DNA of 55,640 bases, filler included, from Basidioascus undulatus (GCA_000826855.1; 3 parts of 3 records of this genome joined end to end with filler, not necessarily neighbours in it); one strand, 5' to 3'. Numbered from the whole stretch's first letter, positions 1-12,537 are shown. Notes: generated from the letters alone by a model not told the origin. A program made the numbers and translations.

Positions 1-186
1 ACCAGCGCCTCATTTCGAAGCGCATAAAGCCGTTCAACCCTCCCTTCCCAACTTCTCTCGAAAGCGAACATCTTTCTCTCGGCTGGTCTCTCGTCCGCCT
101 GAACACTCACGCTCGTTACCTCACACGCTCGTTTTCCCTTCACCCGTACCCTCTTGTCCATCAACACTCGATACTTTCCAACCGAA

Positions 187-1691
187 ATGGCCCGTATCAC
201 TGCCGCATTCTTGCTTGTAGCTGTCGGCGTCGCTACTCTGCCTTCGGCTGAAGCTGGTCTGAGTGGAAGGACCCACGGCCTTCGGGTGAGCAGATCCCCT
301 TCCATCTCATACGGCGCAATGATCAGGAGCTCATGCGGGTGGGATGGCAGGCTGCTCCGCTCTCGCGTCGGTCAGAGAGCCAACAGGTGTACGACCTTGG
401 GTAAGCTATTTGCGTTGGTGTTATCTGAGAGACGTTCAGTGTGGGGGGCTCACCTGAGTCTACATCAGATCTTGCATCGCCTCGTGTGGCCTCAAGTTCG
501 GCGGCGACCCTTTCTACTCGACCATTTGGCCGTCTAACAACAATTCTGGTAGGTATCTCTGACTTTGGTGACGTTAGGTATCATATCTCTGAAACTGGAC
601 CGCAGCCCCCGCCCAGGACCAGCAGCCGTCCGAGTCGTCTTCGGCGCCGGAGGCTTCTTCGACCTCGGTTGACCAGCAGCAGCAGCAGCCCACTTCTGCT
701 TTCGCGGACTCGAGCGCTGCCTCGACTCCCACCGACTCGTCCAGCTACTCCTCTTCCCAGTCCGAGACCTGGTCGGAGCAGCCCAGCTCTTCGAGCGAGC
801 ATTATTCGGAGCCGACCTCCTCAACTGTGGAGCAGGGTCCCTCGGGGGCGACCGAGAACGCTCAGCCAACCGAGACTTCTTCTTGGTCTGATCTCCAGCC
901 CACCGAGTCCTCGTCTTCGACCGAGAGCTCCGCTGTGCCCGCTCCCACCCAAGCGGAAGGCAATGGGCTCCTCGGCGGTCTCACCGGCCTTGTCGGGCAG
1001 CTGTAAGCACCATTCTGTTTCGTTGGGGGGATCCTGGCTTATCAATAATATCAGTGTCACCGGCGGACACGCCACCTACTACTACCAGAACGGCGTGACG
1101 GGTTCGTGCGGCACCGTCTCGAGCGACCAAGACTACGTGGCTGCCATTTCCTCTGCCTTCGGGGACAACAAGTGCGGTCAGCAGGTAAGCTGTTGGGCTC
1201 TTTTGAACGCGGACTTCATACAGATTATTCCTGACTCTCTATCGTCTTTCTTCAGGTCCGCGTGCTGAACAAGAGCAACGGCAAGACTGTCGATGTACGT
1301 GGAATAGCCCATTGTCCGCTTGTGCTAAGTAAAGCCGTGCTTACTGAGTCGGGATGAACAGGTTAAGATCATGGACCTCTGCGTACGTATTGCCTACAAT
1401 AGGAATCCCGAAGAACGACATGCTGACCTCTCGTGTTACAGCCGACTTGCCTCAACGCTCAGTCCCTCGACCTGAGCGAAGCCGCTTTCTCGGCCCTCGG
1501 TGCGTCCTTTTGTTTTTTCCTTTGTAACCCGCTCACTCTGAGCTGACTCTCCTCCCACCACACCAGTGGATGGCAACCTCGCTGTCGGTATGGTGGACAT
1601 CGGTGGGTTTGTGCGCTGTAAGCAATGTGACATCGGGAACCTCGAGCTCACCATGCCTCGCACTCCTCCAGACTACCAGTTCCACGCGTAA
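187..1691 (+). CDS. Secreted Ser/Thr-rich protein with C-terminal RlpA-like double-psi beta-barrel (expansin/loosenin-like) domain; multi-exon
   Basis: Signal peptide MARITAAFLLVAVGVATLPSAEA and an S/T/E-rich linker exon. Spliced C-terminus GGHATYYYQNGVTGSCGTVSSDQDYVAAISSAFGDNKCGQQ|VRVLNKSNGKTVD|VKIMDLC|PTCLNAQSLDLSEAAFSAL|VDGNLAVGMVDI|DYQFHA* carries the DPBB motifs ATYY, GSCG, DxCPTC and LDLS. The early micro-exons are not fully resolved. Confidence 0.88.
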
Positions 1692-3047
1692 TTGTTTTTT
1701 TTTTTTGAAACTCTTGGATTTCGGAGCTACAGCTGGCTTGCAGTATCGTGTCTTTCATACTTGCTTTTCCATCGGAACTTGCCTGCCGTTTTGATCCCAA
1801 CGACTGCCATTCTGAAGTGCATGAGCTTTTGAACTGTGACACAGCGTACAGCTGTATGCCCTCCGCTTTCCCGGTCAGATCATGGGGCCATCGCGATGGC
1901 GAGAATGACGCATGATCGTCCTTTGTCTCTGTCCCTGCACGCATTGATATAGTCCACTTCCCAAGAGGTTATTCCTTTTATGAAGTAGTACATTCCGCCA
2001 GAGGAGACACACCACTCGCTGCAGGCGACTGCGTACCATCGTGCACCAGTAGCAGTAGCACACCCGACGTCGAATAGTAACTCAACCTACACAAGCGTCA
2101 AAGGGGCGATGGATGATTTCAATCGCTCGATCCTGTTGAAGAATACCATGGTAAAATGGCAATAGCCGGTGCAGTAGGTTGGCGACACTGCCAGCGCTTC
2201 GCTTTTCGACGCAACACTCCCTCATGCTGCCTTATCAGACTATAGGGAAGCCATTGGGGTAGCTTAAAAGTTGATTCATCGTAAGAGGACCAGCAGCAAT
2301 CTATGCAAACCGATAGGTGATAAAAATGCGCGGCTGTTTCACTTTGTGGGTGAATGTGGTTGCGTTTCAGAGAAAGAGCGAGCTGCACGTGAACGACTTT
2401 TACCCGAGAATCTGGTTCGGCGGCATGCGACATTGCGAATAATTACAAGGAATTATCGGGGCTGCGGACGGCCATCGTCTCCGAATAAGGCGGCGGGTGT
2501 GGCGCCAGCGCCGGCCCTCCTGCATGTCCTCTTGCTGTGCTGTGACCATGACACTCCCTTGCTGCTTCAACATTGACGCCACATCCGCACATCCTCCCAG
2601 ATTGAGAAAATTGGTATCCGAGTGAGGATCTGAGAAGCTGGCGGTCGAAAGGTGCACGAGGCTCAAGAAGACGAAGACAGGCACAGCCCATTCCAACGGC
2701 CCGTCACTTTTCTTGTGCCTTCCGCACTCCCCGTCTCCCTCGAAATGTCGACGCGGTGTTGACCATCTCGCCAGGTCTGGGCCACGCGGCGCTTCTTGTT
2801 TTCCTTGTCGTTCATCCTGCTCGTCCTCCGACCTTCATCTTCAGATCCCCTTCCCTCATCAGCCTACTCCCTATCGTCGTTTCCGCTAACCCTTATAGCA
2901 GGGCCCCCACGCTCGCTTTCAACGTGCGTACCTTGCGCTGCTTACCCACTTTCACCTACCACGCCACCGGTTGGCTGACTTTGATTGTTATGTTCAGGCC
3001 ACTTTTCGACCTTCTACGCTTCCGTTCTGATCGTTCCGACTGCTACG

Positions 3048-4911
3048 ATGATTTCCCTCAAGACTCTCCTTACCACCCTTTCTCTCTCGTCCCTCGCGCT
3101 TGCGTCGCTCTCAAGCCCGCAACGGCACGGGTCGGGCAAGTTCCGTTCTCGCCACGCATGTCTTCCTTTTTGCAAACAGTTTCGACGCCACCTGCTGATC
3201 GGCGTACTCTGCAGTTCAATTCCGACACTGCTGCTCTCCGTCAACGCGCTGAACCCTCGGGCTGGGACCTTGGGTCGTGCATTGCCAGTGCGTCTTTCGG
3301 ACGTTGTCATATTCATTCTATACTGATCGACTCATGGCCTGCGAATGTCAGTCTGCGGGCAGCAATACGGAGGAAACGGCTTCTGGGTCAGCTTTATTTC
3401 TGAATTGCCTTGAGTGACTTAAAAACTGATCTTTGTCTCGCACAGAATGTGGTGGGCTTGGGCTCTTCCTCCGGCGGCGGCGGCTCCTCTGGCGGAGGCG
3501 GCTCATCCAACGGCAGTGGTAGCGGATGCTCCCCAGGCGGGTCTTCACCCTCCGCGTCCGCTTCACCCTCCGCAAGCCAGGCCCCCAGCCCGACCGTTCC
3601 CCAACCTACCTTCACCGCCCCCGGTGGTAACCTCGTCGCCCAGCCTAACGGATCAGACTACGAGGAGCCCAAGTCCACCGGCGTTTCGCCTCCAGCCTCG
3701 TCCACCGCCGCTGCCGCTGCGCCGAGCGGGACGGGGTCGTCTGGATCCGACGACGACGAGGACGATGAGTGCGAAGATGACGAGGAGGAGGGCGAGGACG
3801 ACGAGTCCCCGTCCGCCCCGACGTCCACTGGTACTGCCTCTCCGACGTCCAATGCTCCCGCCGCTCCGAGCGCTAGCCAGCCTGCTGGTGTCGACGGGGG
3901 CTGCGAGGAGGACGACAGCGACGAGTACGAGTACGAAGACGACAACGGCAGTACGTATCCCTCCCTACCATCTGTTCTTCATCACCAGAAGATTGACTAA
4001 AAGTCGTTCGCAGACTGGCCCGGTGACGTCGGATACAACTGTGCGTAGTTTCAACCTGCTGGGTTTCGCTCTTCCCTTCTGACTTTCGCATTGAGTACAC
4101 AGTGACCACGACGGCCACATCCGCTGCGTCCACGGCGGACTTCGACGGTCAGTACCCAACTGAATCCGCATCTTTTCCGCCCTCGACCGACTACGCGCCC
4201 TCTCCCACCGAGGCTGTGCCCACCCCGTCGTCCGAGACGCCCGCCCCCGCCGAGACCCCGTCGGGCGGCAGCGGCGGCGGCGAGGCCAAGAGTGGGTCGG
4301 CGACCTGGTACAACCAGTACGGCGTTGTGCGTGATATTCTCAATTCTCAATTCTCAATTCTCGTAGACTACAGCAATCGTCCTGATTAATCGTCCTGATT
4401 TGCTCGGCCCGATTTCTTCACAGGTCGGCGCCTGCGGCGGCTCGGCCGTCGCCGAGTCGGAATTTGTGATTGCGCTCGGTGCGGAGCACTACGACCAGTC
4501 GCGCTGCGGGAGCACGATTTCGGTCACGTATAACGGGAACACGCAGACGGGCAGGATCAATGACAAGTGCGAGGTGAGTTTTCGGCTTAAGCGATGGAGG
4601 GTGCGGCAGACACCGTCTTGACTGGGATGGTTTCGGGAATGCAGAGCTGCCAAGGAAACCACATCGACTTGAGCGAGGGTACGTCTACAGTCTGTCTTTC
4701 GGGCAGTCCGGGCGTCAAATGGAACGAACGCTCATTCTGATTCTTTTACTCTATCAGGCCTGTTCAACGCCCTCACTTCCTCGAACCTCGGCCTCGGCCA
4801 GATCGACGTCAGTACGTGCAGTCTTCTATTTTGCCCGTTCCACACCTCCACCCTATCCATCTCGAAAGAATCTAACGAACACCCACCCACACAGCCTGGT
4901 TCTTCAACTAA
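3048..4911 (+). CDS. Second secreted RlpA-like DPBB (expansin/loosenin-like) protein with Gly/Ser/Pro-rich and acidic linker; multi-exon
   Basis: Signal peptide MISLKTLLTTLSLSSLALA. C-terminus SGSATWYNQYGV|VGACGGSAVAESEFVIALGAEHYDQSRCGSTISVTYNGNTQTGRINDKCE|SCQGNHIDLSEG|LFNALTSSNLGLGQIDV|TWFFN*, with TAA at 4909-4911. Confidence 0.88.
4336..4400. repeat. Intronic short tandem repeats: (ATTCTCA)x~4 and AATCGTCCTGATT x2
   Basis: Read directly at 4336-4362 and 4375-4400, inside an intron of the second DPBB gene. Confidence 0.85.
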
Positions 4912-6524
4912 CCGTGTAGGCTTGGCCTTGTACTCTCTTTTCCGCATCCCCACGCACCGCTAGCCTGTTTTTACGCTCGTTATTCGAAGTCACCACTGCG
5001 CACCTTGACCACACCAGCTCTTATTCTTCTTTCACACCCCCTTTCCCGCTGAGCGGGATACTTTCTTTTTCGCTGCGCGAATGTACGGCTCATCTGCTCC
5101 TGGAGAACGGATTTGCTTTGTTGCACATGCACTGCTTCTTTATGGTACCATGAACGGTGTGATGAGCAGTTCACTTGCAACCTTCAACAGACCTAATCTC
5201 GACAGAGTGGGGTAGGTAAGAAGGGGAAATTAGTCTGAAGACCCGACTCAGTATGGAGACCGGCGGGACAGCTGAAGGTTGAGGTCGCTTGTCGGCTGCG
5301 ACGCCAGCTTCGACACCTCGCCGTCGCATCTTACACCACCATATTCGGAAAAAAATACACATAATCCGCCGCAGACAATTTTGGAATGGAGCTAAGCAAC
5401 CGCTGCACGGATATTTTACCACAAGAGAAGGTTTCGAAACTGGTTGCTGCAAATTTGCCACTCGTACCTACATCGTCCCTCTCGATTGCCTTTTTCCGAA
5501 TGCACTCCGGACGCCTCTAAAAAACCTCAACAGAAATTTGCAGTGCACAGTGGGAAAACCAAAAGCCATTCGGGCGTAGCCCGTGAAAGTGGACCCGACC
5601 CGACCCTCTTGAAAGATCGAGCGCTTTTTTTTACGAGGGAGATCACGAAGGGTACAACTGTCAGGCTATCCGGGGCGCCTCAGCAATCGGTTTGTTTTGC
5701 AATCATATTCCATAATTTGCACAAAGAAACTTCCTAACTCCCGGGAAACCGAAGTTTGCCGTAATGGGATGTAAACAGTTTGCTTGTGTCAGATCAGGGT
5801 CTCCGGCCCGGTAGTTGGCCGATGCAGTCAGATCGGCTGAGTGCGTGATAGAGGCCCTTGTGGATGCAGTCCTGGATCATGCCACCGCCAATTTGATGGA
5901 CGGGACCGGGATTCCCAGCCGCTCGGTTAGTTTGAGGAATGCCGACTGCAGAAACCAGGCAATCAGCTACGATGTCATGGACAGGGTGGAGGGCAAGGAG
6001 ATAGCACCTTGTCGCGATGCAAGGATTTGCGCTGCAGCATCTGCCGCGCCCTCTCAGAGGTCGGGCATCTCCGGCGGGCAGAAAAAAGCTTCGACATGCT
6101 TGTAAGCTTCTGGGTGCAGCCCGCTTCTCGAGGAAAGGTGCGGGCAGAAAGGCGATGGATGTTCTCACGCTTGACAAGGCACTTTCAACACGAACGCGGC
6201 GAGCATGACCCTGGAGACACCTATAACGGCCAAAATATGAGCATGGACTTCCAGAATAACGACGAAAAATTAAAAGAAATCTCACAGGCAAGTTGTCCTG
6301 GAAGGCAACGAGTTTGTTAGTACGGGAAGCACAGCTTCACGAAGCAAAGGCTTACACTTCTTCATAATCCCAGCTCACGCCATCCACTTGCGGGAACCCC
6401 TTCTTCCTTTCTCCATCTGCACAGTCGTAGACCCAACCAGGGCTCTCGAATGCCCGGATCGGCGCTAAGATGCGCCGCCAGGCCTGAATGTTGACCTAAC
6501 ACTTGAGCTTACGGAACGGCGCAG

Positions 6525-7440
6525 ACTTCGCCTCCTTCTCATTGCTCGCAACGACCTACACGATTCTCGTCAGGGAAACCTAGTACCGAATCTCTGAACG
6601 ATACACAGAATATTACTTACTTGAGGTAGAAAGCCGATGAGCTGCGGGAAAGTCAAGCCGGGGCGGGAGCGATAGTCAAGCGGGACTTCCCGAGCCAGAG
6701 GTAGACCGGTCACGCCTGTGTGCGACCGATCACCGTAAGGTTTGTCTTATCAGACGCGGGGACGATGTAGACGATAAAGCATTCGGGAGGGAGGCCGTTC
6801 TGTATGTCAACAGCTGTCAGGATTCACGCTCAAGTTCAAGGTGTGCAGCGTTCAGCACAACCCACCTGGTACTGCCACCAGTCGTCTCCGGACGAGAACT
6901 CCTCGTACACCCACACCCAGGTACAACCCGGCAGTACCTCGTACGCTCCGGATACCAGACAAGCACCGGAACAATGGGCTTGCTCCCCAAGATCTTGCTG
7001 ACAACGTCGATGATGCTCTTCCCACGGATCGTGAATGTCTCGACCTGGCCCTGTACGTCTCGTGGAACGTGAAGGTCTCAAACTGCAGACGGAGCGCCTC
7101 AGCTAATAATTCACAGCCAAGGGAGTCTGTAACCTACACGAGGTTTCGACTCCGAGATCATGGAATCGAGAGTCTTGTTCATCTTGTGCGCGCTTAAGAT
7201 CTTGACCTAATTCTGCTTGAAGCGGGGATTGCGCACAATCGAGAAGAGCTCATCCGTCAAATCGTGCTGAGCTTGCTGATGCTTGGCAAGGAGGGCGAGG
7301 AAGATGAGGAAGAGCGGTTGGACGGCGGAGGGCAAGGGCGAGGGCGAGCTGGCTACGTGTGCGCGAGGATTGTGGGGATGATGTACGGTCGTGAAAGCGA
7401 CAGCTTCTTCATCTTGGACCGATGGAGAGCGCGAACCTGA
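6525..7440 (+). CDS. Possible multi-exon hypothetical gene or relic; start unresolved
   Basis: Several GT..AG-bounded open segments (KADELRESQAGAG; VQHNPPGTATSRL...LALYVSWNVK; GIAHNREELIRQIVLSLLMLGKEGEEDEEE...FFILDRWRART*). No recognisable domain. Confidence 0.3.
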
Positions 7441-8415
7441 ATCTCATTCCATGGAACATCAGCAAGCCGGCAGAATTAAGAATGTTGTACACGTACCAGC
7501 GTGAGTCAAGGACGGTTGTTGGGGGCCCGGCCCCGCAGATTCATCGTCGCCTGGGCCTGAAATCTCGCACACTCAGATTGCTCCTTCGGTAAGAAAGTTG
7601 CAAATGATCACCGGGTGCATCAAATGACAGGTCCACATCCTCCCAATCAATGCCGTTGCCCCTCTGCTCCGCGCTCTCGCCGTCCGGCGGCGCACCTGCA
7701 AAGAAATCAGCTCGTGAGCAGAAGACTTCGCAGTCATGAAATAGGAACACTTATAAAAGGATAACGCACCATTCGCTCCATCCGAAAATGGCTGTGACTC
7801 ACCTGATGGCCGGCATATCAGTTTCGTATGCACAGTCGTCGCTCTGTGTCTCGCTGTCTCTGCACGTAGAGTGACCATACTCGGAGTCGAGATCGCGTGA
7901 GCTATATGAGCTGAATGTTGTTCTGTCCAAAGGGACGGTGTGGTTGGTCCTGCGAAGCAAAAGGCGGGCGTGTGTCAATCGTCGTTGCCGCGAGGCTTCT
8001 CATTGTTCCTACCCGGCTGCAGGAGGAGCCAGCCCATTTCGCTGTTTATGTAGATACCACATTTAGCGGCACCCGTCATTAATAAAGAGTGGAGTGTGGC
8101 GGTTGAGGAAGTCGGAGAAGAGCGGAGCGCGCACGAGGAGAGGGAGGAGGGTGTGCGTCGAGCTGAGGGAGGACGGGGATATCCGTGCGACGATCTCACA
8201 GTTCGTTGGGTGTAAAGTTTAAGAAGGGGACAAGCATTCTGTGAAAAGACGAGCTGTCGGCGGAACGGCGGAGGCTAACCATTTTGTCTTCGGTCGGTGG
8301 TGTCTGTCCGCGCAGCGTAGCAAAAAGCTCAGGTGTTTACGCGCCACAGATACATGAAGATGCAGCCAGACATATCGTAACAAAGCGGGGACACAGCAGA
8401 GAAAGGCAACAAGTT

Positions 8416-9282
8416 TCACACCGTCGGCGCGTCGTCGGCGCAGCTGCTGCCGTCGCTCGAGGTAGAGGAGCCCGAAGCCGCAGACCCCCCGACCTTCTGG
8501 CGCTTGGACGCTCGGAGCTCGTCGACCTCCTCACGGATAGTCTCGACCTCGCGCTCTCGCTTCTTGAGCTGCTGCCGCAGCTTCGAGACCTCTGCCAGGG
8601 CCATCTCATCCCTGTCCCGGGCGGCCTTTGCCGAGTCCTTCGAATCCACGACGTCCGAAGCGAGGTCGAAGGCCTGTTAGAGTCCATTACGCCTCAATCA
8701 GACAGCCTATAGATTGTGCGAAGCGCACGAAGGGGGGAGGGGATCAGGAGGAAAGGGCTCACCGCTTCGACCATCGCGAATTCCCCAGGCCCCTCGGTGG
8801 TCCCGAGCGTCTTCTTGAGTGTGTCGTAGACTCGGTGGGACCGCACGTGCTCCTTGGTCCCAAAGAGCTTGCCGGGGAGGCGGATGGGAGTCACCCAGGC
8901 GACGTCCACTCGCTTGCCGTCGTTTCGGCGGGTGTCGATCGCCGCCTCGGCGGCGTTGTGCGAGTCGAAGAAGGCCACGACGCCGCGACCCTTGGGAAGT
9001 CGGGACATCTTGTCTCTTGTCTCTGAAGAATTGAAGTAGTGACGAAGCAACTACTGGTCAGTCACTGGAGCTGGGGCATTCCGGGTGGCGGGTGTCCAAA
9101 GGATTTACGTACATGCCATCGAGCATGCCGATGAGACCGTAGAAGAAGTCGTCCCACTCCAAGTTCTTCGGCTTGATTGCGTAGACCACCTTCGACCATT
9201 GTATGGGCTCGAGCAGCTGTTCGGCGATGAAGTCCAACGCAGCGGTGTTGGTGTGCGCGATTATGTTGAAGCGGGAAGGGGA
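8416..9282 (-). CDS. Hypothetical protein with divergent RRM-like domain and C-terminal coiled coil; 5' end unresolved
   Basis: Spliced exons: SKVVYAIKPKNLEWDDFFYGL (RNP2/helix-1-like), LPKGRGVVAFFDSHNAAEAAIDTRRNDGKRVDVAW (RNP1, helix 2, beta 4-like), then EA|AFDLASDVVDSK...LAEVSKLRQQLKKREREVETIREEVDELRASKRQK (coiled coil plus basic patch). Confidence 0.55.
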
Positions 9283-11024
9283 CTAGTGAACGGGCGGGGG
9301 AGAAGGGCAATTGACGCTCCCCACGGTGTCCACCTTTTCAACATATTTTACGGCAATGGCCGAAGAACGACGCTGTTCGTGGCAGCGAAAGAGGCGAGGC
9401 GCGAGCTAAGGTCAAGACAGCGAGCGAGACAGCGCAAACAGCTGCGTCCGGTAATCAAACTGCACTGCGAGTCGCCTTTGCCTTTCTTTTACTTTCAAGG
9501 AAACTTTATATCCTCTTACGATAGTGGTTTGGAGAAAAGCTTGCAAAGCGTGTGTCAAGGCTTTTGGGGGCAAATGCCTTCAACGCATTGACGAAGCTAC
9601 GGCTTGCGAACCGGAACCATGGTGCACAATACTGCCATCAAACCCGCCAAATAAGGCCTTTCAACTAAACTCTCCTCATAGAACTTGTCTGTATTCTTAG
9701 AATTCACGAGGCAAGCTGCTACTGGAGGAGGTGTACCGAGGCAGACGTGCCTGCTTGTGCCGTGAGGAATGCCCAATCTCACTCTCACCTTGCCTTACTC
9801 CTAGTCCACGAGCTAGATAGAGCACCAAGCCATAAAAATGCAGACTTGATGATGCATTGCCCAATTGTCCTATTCATGCTCGCTCTGTTATGACAGTGGC
9901 AGCTTGAACTCGTTCTCTCGAATCCACCTGTTCTTCGCCTGTCTGACAATCTCACCTTGAGCCTCACTTCGCTTCCTGTACTCCTCTATTAACATCAGTC
10001 GTCTTTCCGCGGCGAACGCATCTAACGTGCGGCTTATACCCCGCGGTGTCCAACACCACAGCCCGGTCCGCTTGAAACTTGTCTGCGTGTTGGCCCAACC
10101 GCTGCCCGGCCCATCTCATTCAAAAATTGAAGCATTAGGAAAGCAAGCTGGATATAGTTTTTTTATAGAGCTTTGAAGAGCAGGATTCTGAGGCGATCAG
10201 TCGGCTCTCAAGCTCGTGCAGAGTATGTCCGCCGACGACGCTCAGGCCGGCGCCGACCCACTGTTCAGCGGCGTTTTTTTTTTTTAAAAAAAATTACTCG
10301 GCCACATCGAAGTAGGGACAGTGGTCTAAGTAACCTCAGCTAGTGCGATGGAGCGTCAGCCACAAGAATATCTGGAAACCACGGCAGGATTCGAATACAG
10401 TCCCCGCAGGTCGCCGCTCGTGTCTGCAGCGTCAAGTCGCCCTAGACAGCTTTACCTCTGCCCTCCTCTCAGAAGCTTGGAAAAATGGGAAGGAAAAACT
10501 GAAGACAAAGCCAACAAGTGTGCATAAAAGTGTGGCCTAAGCCTCTTTTGAGACCCAAGCGAGCTCTTTCCTGAGGGATGCAAGCGAACCCGGGGAACAT
10601 TTAGGTTATTGGCAAGCAACATCAACAAGTGTTCTCTTTCTGAAACTCTCTTTCTGAAACCATATCCATTACTTTCCGCCACCCGATTTCGTCAAGCACG
10701 CCTCAACATTTCAGCCCAGTAAATTCTACATCAGGTGAGGCCAAGGCTCGTGGTGATAGTGTTGGGTTGGGAGCGGGGGTGCGGAATGACTACAGCCCAT
10801 CTCTGAATTCTTCACCTGTCTGGCAGCCGAGCCTGCCTACCACGCTATATCACCTGTTCAGAACTATAACTCTTCGTTAAGAATACGCTCTTGGTAAAAC
10901 TTGGCCATAGTGAGTGTACCAGAAAAGCATTGAGTGTGGAAGCGCCACAACTGCAGCCACTGATTGGCTAGCCAGAAACGCATGCATGAACCGCTAGCGG
11001 GGTATACAGAGAAATCTCGTATCC

Positions 11025-11751
11025 TCAGTTCTTCCAGCTGTTTTCAGCACGCTCGCGTCAGTCAAACCCGCCCTCAAGCATCACTTAAGAGACATGAGAG
11101 CCACGCACATCTTGACGCAGCGATCCCGCCCCCCGCTCACAACCTTGTCCGCGACGAAGTCGACGCAGTAGACCTCGTCCGTGTGGCCGGGCAGGTCGAC
11201 CTTGATCTTGTGCGTCTTGAGGTCCCAGATCTGCGGCGGCCGATGGGTGTGTGTAAGGCGGTTTGAGGTGAGGAAGAAGAGAGAAGAGATGAGACGGGGC
11301 GGACCTTGAGCGTCGAGTCTTTGCTCGCGCTGATGAGCAGACGGGAGTCGGAGGACCACGCGACGCGGTAGACCGCTGCGACGTGTCCACGCAAGGTCGC
11401 GACGAACCTGTTCGACGGGGCCATTCCCGCCGCATCAGGCGTCGTTCATCTCAGTCTCCATAGCCACTCCCCGCCATCCAACGTGAGGAGACCGCACGCA
11501 CTTTCCCGTCCTTCCCTCCCAGAGTTTCACAGCATTGTCGAACCCCGCGCTGGCGATCCACCGGCTGTCGGGCGAGAACACGACGTGGTTGACCTGCTTC
11601 TGGTGGCCCGTCAGGCGCGCGAGCGGCTTCTTGGGGTTCTGCGCGTTCAGCGGCGACCATAGGAAGAGCGTGTGGTCGTCCGAGCCCGTGATCACCAGCT
11701 CGGGCGCGTTCTTGGTCAAGGAGGTGTAGCGCGCGAGGGCGGCAGCTTTGG
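11025..11751 (-). CDS. RSA4: Ribosome assembly protein Rsa4/Notchless (WD40), 3' part; 5' end cut off by the contig end
   Basis: ITGSDDHTLFLW...KKPLARLTGHQKQVNHVVFSPDSRWIASAGFDNAVKLWEGRTGK|FVATLRGHVAAVYRVAWSSDSRLLISASKDSTLK|IWDLKTHKIKVDLPGHTDEVYCVDFVADKVVSGGRDRCVKI|WKN* matches the Rsa4/NLE1 C-terminus. Confidence 0.93.
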
Positions 11752-11809
11752 CTATTGGGCGATGTGGAAGGGTCTTGCGCGTGCGCGGAGGGGGCGATTG
11801 TGTAGGAGT

Positions 11810-11909
11810 NNNNNNNNNNNNNNNNNNNNNNNNNNNNNNNNNNNNNNNNNNNNTTAATTAATTAANNNNNNNNNNNNNNNNNNNNNNNNNNNNNNNNNNN
11901 NNNNNNNNN
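11810..11909. other. Artificial contig linker (44 N + TTAATTAATTAA + 44 N)
   Basis: Exactly 100 bp, with a central palindrome that gives stops in all six frames; an identical copy lies at 43750. Confidence 0.97.
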
Positions 11910-12235
11910 GCCCCGCGCCGTCCTCGGTCTTCTCTGCCGACGAGTACGCCTCCCTCCGCTCGGCCGTGCCCGACGGCGGCGCCACCACGCCCGGCACCAC
12001 CGCGGTCGATGCGGACGCGACCGCCGCGCTCCTCCCCGACTCGCACGAGCCGGCCGCGCACGTACCGACGCACAGCCGCGGGCGGAGCCAGGCGGAGATT
12101 GTCCGCGGAAACGACGAGGCGGTCAGGGAGCGCGACTTACAGGAGGCGGGGCGGACGAGCTTGATGTGCGACGAGCTGGACCTCAGCGCGGGCGCCCCGG
12201 GAAGGACGCCGCCTTCTGCGGCTGCACAGCAATGA
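11910..12235 (+). CDS. 3' terminal exon of an unidentified gene, truncated by the contig start
   Basis: Open GC3-rich frame from the contig edge (PAPSSVFSADEYASLRSAVPDGG...RTPPSAAAQQ*), followed by pyrimidine-rich 3'UTR-like sequence. Confidence 0.6.
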
Positions 12236-12537
12236 CTTCTCTCGTTGGGGTTGGGGCGACGGAGGGGAGCGGAGGGGACTATTAGTCTTGCGCACATCGG
12301 CGCGCGCTTCTGGTTTCGTGCATGTTCCCGCCTTCCATATCTTCCTCTTCCGGCTGCTACTTTTGGGTTCCGTTCCTCCGTGCGCTCGCTTTCCTCCCTA
12401 TCCACCGCCCCCATTTCTCTTTATTGGTCTTCCACTCCCATCATGGCACGTCACATTCAGGCTCCTGTTCTGCTCTGCATTCATCGTACTTTGATCGCAT
12501 CATGGCACCGTTTGGGCTTGCATGTATGCATTCGATC

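Noticed and set aside
5794..6320. Overlapping 96-165 aa ORFs on both strands
   Set aside because: No motif, codon bias or convincing exon chain.
10274..10293. Poly-T immediately followed by poly-A (self-complementary)
   Set aside because: Simple homopolymer juxtaposition with no associated element or target-site duplication.
10376..10450. Minus-strand TTCGAATCCTGCCGTGGTT resembling a tRNA T-arm/B-box and 3' end
   Set aside because: I could not form a matching T-stem, acceptor stem or anticodon arm. At best a relic; tRNAscan-SE would settle it.
11854..11865. TTAATTAATTAA palindrome, repeated at 43794
   Set aside because: Part of the synthetic linker, not biological.
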